A stretch of DNA of 20,454 nt from Planctomycetota bacterium. Lineage in GTDB: Bacteria > Planctomycetota > GCA-002687715 > DRQF01. The stretch covers positions 1 to 20,454 of the forward strand of contig JAZGFI010000158.1 in NCBI GenBank assembly GCA_036479435.1. Reading direction: 5' to 3'. Below the pieces are notes generated by a model, which saw only the letters and a program-made list of their open reading frames with translations, searched no databases and was not told the DNA's origin. Each line of letters starts with the position of its first letter. The stretch's first letter is position 1. Positions 7,824 through 16,003 of this stretch are shown here, piece after piece. A program made the position numbers and the translations under genes.

Positions 7824-8648
7824 TCACCTTTCAAAAGAAATGAAAGGGAGCGTTGCGACCAAGATCGACAAGACAATGACGCCAACCATGATAACTGAGA
7901 CCAAGGCCGTGGCACGGTCGGACCAGCGACCACTGAGTTTTCCACCCAAAGGCAACAGCAACATTGTCCACACGAACAAGGTCATGAAGATCTTGGGCTC
8001 GAACACGTCGAGCCGGCCGATCGTGTCGCTGTAGATGGTGGCGCCGACGCCAATGCCGACGGTGACCAACAAAAAACCCATGGCCGCCGCCCAGAGGTTC
8101 ATGCGCGCGAGGTTTTCAAGGCTCGGCATGCGGCGGAACAAGTTGCCAAAGTTTTTGTTTTTAATCGCCCGCGACAATCGCAGATAAAGCAAGCCATAAA
8201 GTCCGCTCACCAGCAGAGCCGCTAAGGCACTCACCGCGGGGACGGTATGCAGGACGAATTCGGATGAATCCGTTTTGTCATTGGCCAAGGGCTCGATGGG
8301 GCCAAAAGCGAAGGCGTAGGTCACCAGGCAAAAGGGCAGCCACAGCAAATCGATGCCGGTCAAAGACACTCGTGTCGCAACCTCGACCAGTAAGTAGGTG
8401 AAGGCCATCAAAAACCCGAGCGACGACAACACGTCGAAGCTGTTGGTCCAGGGCAATTGGTCAATGATGAGGTAGCGCGACACCAACAAGACGGCGTGCG
8501 CCAGCAATGCTAGGCCCAAGAAAGTAATAGGTCGCTTGGGTTTCGGCGCTTCGAAATCTCCCGTCATGCGCCGCGCGTAGGCGAACAGGGTCGACAAGTA
8601 CGCGAGAGGCACGAGGATGATCAGGGCTTGGTTCACAACCTGGATCAT
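7824..8648 (-). CDS. Cytochrome c assembly family membrane protein (HemX/CcsA/YpjD-like)
   Basis: About 8 hydrophobic segments, a conserved-looking His (VLHTVPA), RRMPSLENL and an EPKI motif. Sits immediately upstream of hemA and lacks the Trp-rich WGxxWxWD motif of true CcsA. Confidence 0.8.
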   Translation of the reverse strand: MIQVVNQALIILVPLAYLSTLFAYARRMTGDFEAPKPKRPITFLGLALLAHAVLLVSRYLIIDQLPWTNSFDVLSSLGFLMAFTYLLVEVATRVSLTGIDLLWLPFCLVTYAFAFGPIEPLANDKTDSSEFVLHTVPAVSALAALLVSGLYGLLYLRLSRAIKNKNFGNLFRRMPSLENLARMNLWAAAMGFLLVTVGIGVGATIYSDTIGRLDVFEPKIFMTLFVWTMLLLPLGGKLSGRWSDRATALVSVIMVGVIVLSILVATLPFISFER

Positions 8649-10093
8649 GAGTTGTTTCGCTGGCCGCTCACGACGTCTTTCCGCTGCGCCATTTCCTCGG
8701 CGACGCGAATCGCGGTCTTGGCGCAGTTTTCTAGAGATATCCCATCCACGTAGTTGCCGACGAGACCGATACCTCCGTGTTGCTCTAACAAGGTACTGAC
8801 CGCGGCGAGCCGGCGAGAATGACCGAGATCGTATTGCGGCAAGCCCGGTTCGGCGCGGCTGAAAGAAAAGTAACTCGGAACGGGTGCCGCGAGCCGGCGG
8901 AGCGTTAGGGCAAGTTCTCCAAGGACAAGGTGGCGCATCGCGTAATCGGGGGCCTGCACGGCTGTGGGATCGGTGGCGCCACCGACGAATCCCGTAAGGG
9001 ACACCATGCCTTTCGGTGCACGGTCTTCAAAAATCTTGGAGTTGAACAACCAGCCCAAGGTACGCACGCGTTGCGGGCGCGGAATCAAAAAGCCGAAGGC
9101 TTCCGGGATGAGGCCAATCGCCTCTTCGGTGAAGGCCGCGTGTACAGCGAGCATCGGGGCGTACTCGATATCGAAGAGGATATCGGCGGCCATGGGCGCA
9201 ATACCCGCCAAGAGCAAACCCGCGGTCCGCGACGGGACGGCGAGGATGATGCGGTCGCTGCGGACTTCGCTGAGCCCAGATTCACTCTCAATCGAGAGGC
9301 GGTAGCCTCTTTGTTTTGACCCCGCCTCGTTCCCCGCCAGCGCGATGGTGCTGACCTCTGCGTTCAGCTCCAAAGAGTCACCTAGACTCTCGGCGAGTGT
9401 CGTGGCAAACTGGCCGAAACCCCCGCGGAACGAAAACAACTCGCCATGCGCCGAGTCTTCGCCCGCTTTGCGTTTTGAATTGGCGCGCTTGCGCAGCGCT
9501 TTCGCAATGCTGCCGTGCTCTTGTTCCATATTGTAGAGCGAAGGGAAGGCGGAGCGAACGCCCACTCGTCTCGCGTCGCCTCCGTAGATGCCGGAGACGA
9601 AAGCATCAACCAGCGTGCGCGCCGGTGCGGTACCGAAACGGCGACTGACAAAATGAGCGACGCTTTCCGGTTTATTGCCGCGGCTCTTCATGATGAAGGG
9701 CTCACCGAACATGCGGAGCTTTTCACCGAAGGTAAACAACTCGCTCTTCATCAACTCCTTCGCAGATGTGGGTACCGGCAGCAGTCTTCCGGTTTGATAA
9801 AGGAGTCGCGTCGCCGCGGCTTCGCGAGAATAAATGATCTCGGATTCGAGCCCGATCTCTTTGGCGAGGCCAATCAGGGTCTTCGCACTAGAGGGCGCAG
9901 AATTGGGTCCGTGCTCCCAGAGAAAGCCGTCCTCGACCGTCGTCCGCAATAGCCCCCCGGCACGATCGGAGGCTTCAAACAGTTTGACACTAAGCCCACG
10001 AGCCCTGAGGGCATGCGCGGCGATCAAACCGGAGATCCCAGCTCCCACCACAACGGTATCGAGTTTTCGCGACTTCGCGCCAGTTCCGATCAT
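8645..10093 (-). CDS. hemY: HemY-type FAD-dependent proto/coproporphyrinogen oxidase
   Basis: VVVGAGISGL dinucleotide motif, EASDRAGG, EHGPNS, FVSGIYGGD, FGFLIP, LPQYDLGH and GNYVDGIS. ATG 10093 lies 4 nt after the hemE stop. This family is often annotated hemG. Confidence 0.92.
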   Translation of the reverse strand: MIGTGAKSRKLDTVVVGAGISGLIAAHALRARGLSVKLFEASDRAGGLLRTTVEDGFLWEHGPNSAPSSAKTLIGLAKEIGLESEIIYSREAAATRLLYQTGRLLPVPTSAKELMKSELFTFGEKLRMFGEPFIMKSRGNKPESVAHFVSRRFGTAPARTLVDAFVSGIYGGDARRVGVRSAFPSLYNMEQEHGSIAKALRKRANSKRKAGEDSAHGELFSFRGGFGQFATTLAESLGDSLELNAEVSTIALAGNEAGSKQRGYRLSIESESGLSEVRSDRIILAVPSRTAGLLLAGIAPMAADILFDIEYAPMLAVHAAFTEEAIGLIPEAFGFLIPRPQRVRTLGWLFNSKIFEDRAPKGMVSLTGFVGGATDPTAVQAPDYAMRHLVLGELALTLRRLAAPVPSYFSFSRAEPGLPQYDLGHSRRLAAVSTLLEQHGGIGLVGNYVDGISLENCAKTAIRVAEEMAQRKDVVSGQRNNS

Positions 10094-10097
10094 GGAA

Positions 10098-11150
10098 TCA
10101 GTCTCTCGGGCGCCAATCTCTGAGCGCTTTTGCCACGGCAGCCACGGTCTCAACCGGACTCCACTGCATCACACCGCTCCCCAAGTTGAAAATGTAGCCC
10201 GGATTCCCCTGGAAAGCAGCGACGTTTTTTTCGAATTCGGCCACCGCGACTTCGGGCGGGCCGAGCAGAACGCCCGGGTCCATGTTGCCCTGAATGGCGA
10301 CTTGGCCTCCGACACGCATGACCGCCTCTTGGGGATCGACTCGCCAATCGATGGAGATCACGTCGACGCCGCAGCCGGCCATTTGCTCTAAAACGTGGTC
10401 ACAGCCGTTGACGTAATAGATGACGGGTACGCCTAAGTCCGCAACGCCCGCGACGAGTTTTCTCGTCCAATCTAGGGCGAACTGGTCAAAAGCGTCAACG
10501 CCGAGGCAACCCGCCCAGGAGTCAAATATCTGGACCGCGTCCGCCCCCGCTTCAATCTGAGCGCGAAGGTAGGGAATGAGGTTTTGGGTCAGACGATCCA
10601 ACAGCAACTCTAATGCTTTGGGGTCGTGCCACATCAAGCGCTTGGTGTTTTCGAACTGGCGAGAGCTTTTGCCCTCGATCATGTAGGACGCAAGCGTAAA
10701 CGGTGCCCCGCAAAACCCGATCAGCGCGCGATCTTTGCCGAGCGCCTTTTTGGTGAGCTTAACGGCCTCGGCCGGCCAGGGTGTTGCAATCGCGGGATCA
10801 AAGTCCTTCAGGGCTTCGATATCGGCGAGACTGCGGACAGGATTCGCAAGTTTCGGCCCGCCATCGCCGAAGCTGAGATCGAGCCCCATGGCTTCAGCTG
10901 GCAACAGGATATCGGAAAAAACGATGGAGGTTTCCAAGCCGAAAGCGTTGATGGGCTGCATCGCAACCTCGCAGCAAAGCTCGGGATTTTTGCAAAGCTC
11001 TAAGAAACTGAGGTCTTTGCGGATCGCTTGGTACTCATCCATGTAACGGCCGGCCTGGCGCATCATCCAGCCGGGAATTCGATCGACAGGTTCACTACGG
11101 CAAGCGCGGAGGAAGCGCTCTGCGGGCGTAAGGTCGGTGGGTCGGTTCAT
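10098..11150 (-). CDS. hemE: Uroporphyrinogen decarboxylase
   Basis: WMMRQAGRYM, FSDIL, LIGFCGAPFTLASYMIEG, VQIFDSW and IQGNMDP. The C-terminal motif reads IFNLGSG instead of the usual NLGHG. Confidence 0.97.
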   Translation of the reverse strand: MNRPTDLTPAERFLRACRSEPVDRIPGWMMRQAGRYMDEYQAIRKDLSFLELCKNPELCCEVAMQPINAFGLETSIVFSDILLPAEAMGLDLSFGDGGPKLANPVRSLADIEALKDFDPAIATPWPAEAVKLTKKALGKDRALIGFCGAPFTLASYMIEGKSSRQFENTKRLMWHDPKALELLLDRLTQNLIPYLRAQIEAGADAVQIFDSWAGCLGVDAFDQFALDWTRKLVAGVADLGVPVIYYVNGCDHVLEQMAGCGVDVISIDWRVDPQEAVMRVGGQVAIQGNMDPGVLLGPPEVAVAEFEKNVAAFQGNPGYIFNLGSGVMQWSPVETVAAVAKALRDWRPRD

Positions 11151-11220
11151 CTTTTAAGGTATGCTCGCTGGACAGTGATTCAACGGGCATATAACCCGAG
11201 ACCAACCCCGGGGAGGGAGT

Positions 11221-11673
11221 ATGCCCGAGTTGTCCGCGCCCGCTGAGCTCAGGGCAGCAAGTTTTGCCGCCTCTGCGATTCGCGCGCGAACCTTCATTTT
11301 GGCTCTCTCTCTGGCTCAGATCACGGCCCTGGGCAGTCGCGCCATCTACGTCGCCTTTCGCGGCGAGGGCCGAGCCTTGGCTATCGGCGGCGACGGGCAC
11401 GCACTTCTCCGCGACGAAAAACTAGCAGTTTGCGGTTATTTCACCCTCGTTCTCGCCGGTGTCGTGGCACTGGTTTGGTACGCCCTGCAAAAAGCAATCT
11501 CTCGCCGCCGGCACGAAAGCAACGCCGCCGTCGCGGTGTTGGCTCTGGTCCTAGCCGTGATCTCCGTGATTTCGCCGGGGTCTTGGTTGGTGCCTCACCT
11601 TCTTGCCGCGGGGCTCACTTTTGTCGCTTGGCTTTGGTCCAAGAAACGATTTGGGCCGCCGGTCAAAAACTAA
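11221..11673 (+). CDS. Hypothetical integral membrane protein (150 aa, ~4 TM segments)
   Basis: ATG preceded by GGGAGGGAG, four hydrophobic stretches with basic loops. Fills the gap between hemE and the phosphoesterase, with an 11-bp convergent overlap. Confidence 0.6.
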   Translation: MPELSAPAELRAASFAASAIRARTFILALSLAQITALGSRAIYVAFRGEGRALAIGGDGHALLRDEKLAVCGYFTLVLAGVVALVWYALQKAISRRRHESNAAVAVLALVLAVISVISPGSWLVPHLLAAGLTFVAWLWSKKRFGPPVKN

Positions 11674-12349
11674 GGACCTGGATGGGCCGCATCTCGATCC
11701 GGTCAACACTTCCGTTTTCATAGCGCAGCTTGCGTGACCCGATCTGCTTGTCGCCGTTGTGAGCCAAGGGCAAATCCACGCCGTGAATGTGGCCGTAGAC
11801 CACCAACTCAACTTCGAAGTCTTTGATGATCGACTCGATGGCAGTGGGCGTCTCGTCGTCTTTCCAACGCGGTGGATAGTGAATCATCAGCAGGATTTTT
11901 TTGCCCTCGGGCACCGCTTTGAGGGTGGAGCTGAGGTTTTCGAGCGAGAGCTCAAACTTCTCTTTCATCTCGTCTTTCCACCAGGGCGATTCAGGACTGT
12001 CCCAGCCCATGGTCGCGGCAAGCATCCACCCTGGCGCCAAGTCAACGTGATCGTCGGCTAAAAACCGCACCGACTCGTACTGCAGGCGCGGTGTTTTCTT
12101 CCAGAACTTGCAGTGATTGCCCGGCGAGATCACGACCTGTCCGGGCAAGTTGTCGACGATCTCGACATGGCGGCGAATCTGCTTGGTGGTCGTAGCCCAG
12201 CTGAAATCTCCGGGTATCAACACCAGGTCATCTGACTTGACGACCTCGGTCCAACGCTCGATGATCTTCGACTCGTGGTCACACCAGACCTCGCCGAATC
12301 GAGACATATCCCGCCCGAAATGAGGGTCGCTCAACAAAAATACTCTCAA
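11663..12349 (-). CDS. Metallophosphoesterase (calcineurin-like, DR1119-like)
   Basis: LSDPHFG, PGDFSWA, PGNHC, MIHYPP and YGHIHG motifs. TTG start with GAGG upstream. Confidence 0.88.
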   Translation of the reverse strand: MRVFLLSDPHFGRDMSRFGEVWCDHESKIIERWTEVVKSDDLVLIPGDFSWATTTKQIRRHVEIVDNLPGQVVISPGNHCKFWKKTPRLQYESVRFLADDHVDLAPGWMLAATMGWDSPESPWWKDEMKEKFELSLENLSSTLKAVPEGKKILLMIHYPPRWKDDETPTAIESIIKDFEVELVVYGHIHGVDLPLAHNGDKQIGSRKLRYENGSVDRIEMRPIQVLSF

Positions 12350-12420
12350 TCTGCGTCCTCAATCGTGCGCACGGAAAACAAAGACTGGGCAGGCGGCTTT
12401 GGTCCACGCATCATGGCCTC

Positions 12421-13158
12421 ATGAGCCCGCAAAAACCAAAAGTCGCCGGAATCATCGCCATCGGCAACGAAATTCTCTCCGGCAAGGTTACCGACCTCAA
12501 CGCGACCCATCTCATTCAACAATTTCGCGAACTTGGTGTTGAAGCCAAACGGGTGGCCATCATTCCCGATGAAATTCCCGTCATCCGCGACCAAGTCCGG
12601 GAGTTCTCAGCATCCTTCGACATCGTCATCACCACCGGGGGCGTGGGCCCCACGCACGATGACGTCACGATCGAAGCCATCGCCGCGGCCTTTAATCGCC
12701 CCATCGTCCCATCTCCCGAGCTGGAGGCGGTCATCCGCGAATACTTTAAGGACGACTTCAAAGACGCATGGTTGCGCATGGCCCGAATTCCCGAGGGGAC
12801 CGAGCTCGTTTGGCGCGACGGCATGCCATTTCCGATCACCAAGTTGGAGAACGTTTGGATCTTGCCGGGAGAGCCCTCGGTGATGCGAAAAAAGTTTGCC
12901 GCCATTCGCGAGGACTTTCGCCAAACTCCCATCCATGTCCGACGCCTCTTCACCACCTGGGAAGAAGGTGATCTCGCCGAGCTCTTAGAAAAGCTCGAAG
13001 CCGAAACCGGGGTGGCTATTGGCTCCTACCCGACCTACGAAGATCGCGACTACAAGGTCATGATCACGCTCGAAAGCCGTGATGCCAAGATCCTCGAATC
13101 GGCGACCCGCCGCTTACGCTGTTCCATTCCACGCGAGCTTTTGGTTCGCGAAGATTGA
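12421..13158 (+). CDS. CinA-like molybdopterin-binding domain protein (COG1058; putative ADP-ribose/FAD pyrophosphatase), no PncC domain
   Basis: IAIGNEILSGKVTDLN, TTGGVGPTHDDVT, LPGEP and IGSYP. At 245 aa it lacks the C-terminal NMN deamidase domain of full-length CinA. Confidence 0.87.
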   Translation: MSPQKPKVAGIIAIGNEILSGKVTDLNATHLIQQFRELGVEAKRVAIIPDEIPVIRDQVREFSASFDIVITTGGVGPTHDDVTIEAIAAAFNRPIVPSPELEAVIREYFKDDFKDAWLRMARIPEGTELVWRDGMPFPITKLENVWILPGEPSVMRKKFAAIREDFRQTPIHVRRLFTTWEEGDLAELLEKLEAETGVAIGSYPTYEDRDYKVMITLESRDAKILESATRRLRCSIPRELLVRED

Positions 13159-13240
13159 ACGAATACCGCATGGGGACAATTTGGGTGCACGAACGCCCGA
13201 AGTCTATAGAGTCGGGAGATCTTGTGATCGGGAGTGCGCA

Positions 13241-14875
13241 GTGTTTTTCACGACAAAACAGCTCTCGCTTATCTTGGGCACATGCCTCGCTCTTGGCGCA
13301 AATCTCGCAGCTCAATCGCTACCCATCGTCACAACCTACGTCGAAACGGACTTGGTGTCACAAGTCGCCGCGATCGACTTGGGCGATGTGGATGGCGACG
13401 GCGCCGATGATTTCGGCTTGATCATCGGCCACCCGATCGGGACTGGTCTCATGATCGGAACCGAAGGCGTCGTGGTCTCCGGTGCGACCGGCACGCCGAT
13501 CGCCGACTACACGCCTTCTGCCAGTCCTTCGATTGCCGTTGCCGACCTCTATCCCTGCGGAGATCTCGACGGCGACAACTGCGCCGAGTACTTGAGCTTG
13601 AAGTTACCGGGCGCGACGCCTGATTACGAACTGCGCCTCCACGATGGTGCCAGCACGGCCACTTTCTTCACGATCAATTTCGGCCCCCAGACCGATTTCA
13701 GAGTATTGGCCAGCCGCGCGATGGGCGACCGCGATGGCGACGGCATCAAGGACATTGGAATCGCTTATCAAAGCTCTGTTTCGACGGCGGCAGCACTGGG
13801 GGTCATTGGCATCTATTCGGGCGCCACCGGTGCGGCCATCTTGGGGGTCGGGTCACCTCTACTCCAGTCCAATGGAATCGGAAATGTCGGTGATTTTGAC
13901 GGCGATGGCATCGATGATTTCTTCATAAGCCAAACCGAAGGCAGCACCCTTATTGCCGGCCCCTACACCGCGGGGACCATCGAGGTCTTTTCGGGCGCGA
14001 ACTCGGCTCCCCTCCTTACGATCAACGGCCAACCTGGCCAGGGCCTCGGCTTTAAGGCCTATCCCGTCTCTGACCTCGATGGAGACGGCAGGCCTGACAT
14101 CTTGAGTTTGAGCATCGATTTGGGGGCCCTCGATCCCAATCAAACCGCGCGCTTCGAAACTTACTCAAGCGCCACCGGCAATTTGATCTGGAGCACGATG
14201 ACCGCAGCTGGCACCAACGTTTTTGACCTGCAACTCACGGGCGACACGGACGGCGACGGCATCGAGGACTTCATCACGACCGTTCAACTGGTCGGCATCC
14301 CGTTTCGGCTTCGAGAACTACGCTCAGGCGCCGATGGCAGCGTCATCTTGCTTTACGACCTTCCGGCTCTGCTTCCGGGCGCGGCAACCGGGCCGCTGCG
14401 CTCCGATCAGTTTGTCGGCGACCTCAACGGCGACGGCATCTGTGACCAGATCGAACATGAGATTGTCAGTTCCACCAACGTCACGGTTACCGCTCACACC
14501 CGCTTGGGCACCGCCATGTTCGGTGGCGGTCCCGCAACATCTTTGAGCCTACGCTTTGACCACTTTTCCTTGCAGCCGCGGCTCGGCACCTACGAGATAG
14601 CTAACGCCTCGTCCTTCGCGTCGCTGATCGCCGCTGTGAGCCTTGCTCCCGCCTCGACGACGATTGCGGGAACGTCATTCCCATTGTTGGTGTCACTGGC
14701 CTTCAACGACCTGGTCTTGATGCAGAATCTTCCGGCCGATGCCTTTGGGGTCTACAGAAGCCCCAGCCAAATCAACATTCCAGCCCTGGTCGGAACGATC
14801 ATCTATCTCCAGGCCGCCGAAGTCGGCCCCGTACCGGCCGTATCCAACGGACTCGAGATCCTCTTTGGCGACTAA
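13241..14875 (+). CDS. Secreted FG-GAP/VCBS repeat (integrin-alpha-like beta-propeller) protein
   Basis: GTG 13241 follows GGAG. Signal peptide (M)FFTTKQLSLILGTCLALGANLAA-Q. Seven DxD/NGDG-type motifs (one is DLDGDN), with xxSGATG-like strands after the first six, and a distinct C-terminal domain. Confidence 0.88.
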   Translation: MFFTTKQLSLILGTCLALGANLAAQSLPIVTTYVETDLVSQVAAIDLGDVDGDGADDFGLIIGHPIGTGLMIGTEGVVVSGATGTPIADYTPSASPSIAVADLYPCGDLDGDNCAEYLSLKLPGATPDYELRLHDGASTATFFTINFGPQTDFRVLASRAMGDRDGDGIKDIGIAYQSSVSTAAALGVIGIYSGATGAAILGVGSPLLQSNGIGNVGDFDGDGIDDFFISQTEGSTLIAGPYTAGTIEVFSGANSAPLLTINGQPGQGLGFKAYPVSDLDGDGRPDILSLSIDLGALDPNQTARFETYSSATGNLIWSTMTAAGTNVFDLQLTGDTDGDGIEDFITTVQLVGIPFRLRELRSGADGSVILLYDLPALLPGAATGPLRSDQFVGDLNGDGICDQIEHEIVSSTNVTVTAHTRLGTAMFGGGPATSLSLRFDHFSLQPRLGTYEIANASSFASLIAAVSLAPASTTIAGTSFPLLVSLAFNDLVLMQNLPADAFGVYRSPSQINIPALVGTIIYLQAAEVGPVPAVSNGLEILFGD

Positions 14876-14947
14876 TCGTCATCCTCTCCACGATTCCGGC
14901 TCTTCCGGGTCCTCAAGACCGTTAAACATGCAGGCCCGAGATGGGGT

Positions 14948-14976
14948 TTGTTTTTGCGGCTCAAGGCAGATATCCT
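14948..14976 (+). promoter_or_regulatory. Putative sigma70-type promoter for sahR-ahcY
   Basis: TTGTTT (14948-14953), a 17-nt spacer, then TATCCT (14971-14976), just upstream of the palindrome and ATG. Confidence 0.45.
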
Positions 14977-14977
14977 G

Positions 14978-14997
14978 CCATCCGAATATACGGATAT
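14978..14997. promoter_or_regulatory. Palindromic operator, candidate SahR binding site
   Basis: ccATCCGaatataCGGATat contains ATCCG-N6-CGGAT (14980-14995) and abuts the sahR ATG. It has the ATC...GAT 20-bp layout I recall for SahR boxes. Confidence 0.7.
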
Positions 14998-16003
14998 GAG
15001 TACCACCACCCCACAAAATGCAACCGCGCGGCTGTTTAAGTGCCTTTCAGAGGGGCTACGCCTCCGGCTGGTGCGCTTGCTCGCCGAAGAAGAGCTCAAC
15101 GTCAACGAGCTGCAGTCGGTGCTGGGCGTGCCGCAATCCACGCTGTCACGGCACCTTGGGGTCTTGCGCGACGGCGGCCTGCTGACGACGCGGCGCGAGG
15201 GAAGCTGGATCTTTCACCGTCTCACGGCCCCCGAAGGGCTGAACGGTAGCGCCGAGCACTTTCTGAGCTTGCTGCGCGACATGATCGCCGACGACGAAAA
15301 TGCTGCCGACGACCGCGAAGGCCTCGACCGTGTGCTCGAAGCTCGCCGCCTTCGCGACCGGGAACACTTTGAAAAGCTCGGCCACACCTGGGATGAGCTC
15401 AACCGCCGCATCGCCGATCCCGCCATCATCGACCGGGCGCTCCTAAGACTCTTGCCACAAGACTTGACGGTTGTCGATGCGGGGACGGGAAGCGGCTACT
15501 TGCTGCCGATGCTCGCGGCCACCGGGGCGCGGGTCATTGCGATCGACCACACGCCGGCTCAGCTGCAAAAAGCGCGAATGCGCGCCGAAGCTGAAGGACT
15601 CAGCAATATCGAATTTCGGGAGGGCGACATCTCGGCCCTACCCTTGGAAGACGCCAGCGTCGACGCGGTGTTTGCGCACCTCGTCCTACACCATACCCCG
15701 CGGCCCGAAGCCGCGATCATGGACCTGAGCCGGGTGCTGAAACCCGGCGCTGCGCTCGTGGTAACCGATTTCAAATCTCACCAAGAGGCTTGGCTGCGCG
15801 AAGAGCACGCCGACCTTTGGCTGGGATTCGAACCCGAAGATGTCGCCGCTTGGATGCGAGCGGCGGGACTCGAGGATGTGCGAACGGAAGAACGCACCTG
15901 GGCTCGAGCCAACGCTACAGGGAGTCACGGCACAACGCCGGAACTCGAAGTTTTCGTCATGAGCGGCCATCGGCCGCGTCACTCTCAAAGGAGCTCAACA
16001 TGA
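14996..16003 (+). CDS. sahR: ArsR-family HTH / class I SAM-binding methyltransferase-domain regulator (SahR-like)
   Basis: N-terminal ArsR HTH ([13 protein letters not shown]...[25 protein letters not shown]). C-terminal [22 protein letters not shown] and HADLWLGF. Overlaps ahcY by ATGA. Confidence 0.88.
   Translation: MSTTTPQNATARLFKCLSEGLRLRLVRLLAEEELNVNELQSVLGVPQSTLSRHLGVLRDGGLLTTRREGSWIFHRLTAPEGLNGSAEHFLSLLRDMIADDENAADDREGLDRVLEARRLRDREHFEKLGHTWDELNRRIADPAIIDRALLRLLPQDLTVVDAGTGSGYLLPMLAATGARVIAIDHTPAQLQKARMRAEAEGLSNIEFREGDISALPLEDASVDAVFAHLVLHHTPRPEAAIMDLSRVLKPGAALVVTDFKSHQEAWLREEHADLWLGFEPEDVAAWMRAAGLEDVRTEERTWARANATGSHGTTPELEVFVMSGHRPRHSQRSST

Noticed and set aside
13079..13240. N-terminal extension of the FG-GAP ORF overlapping the CinA-like gene
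   Set aside because: GTG 13241 has a GGAG SD and begins the signal peptide.
13375..14440. Recurrent GACGGCGACGGC-like DNA repeats as a possible CRISPR or DNA repeat array
   Set aside because: They encode the DGDG motifs of FG-GAP repeats, are degenerate at third positions and are irregularly spaced.
14876..14995. SAH/SAM riboswitch upstream of sahR-ahcY
   Set aside because: No recognisable riboswitch consensus, and the predicted leader is only about a dozen nt; a protein operator explains the region better.
15790..15999. 70-aa N-terminal extension of AhcY, or a SahR-AhcY frameshift fusion
   Set aside because: ATG 16000 has AAGGAG and a standard ATGA coupling; no slippery sequence seen.
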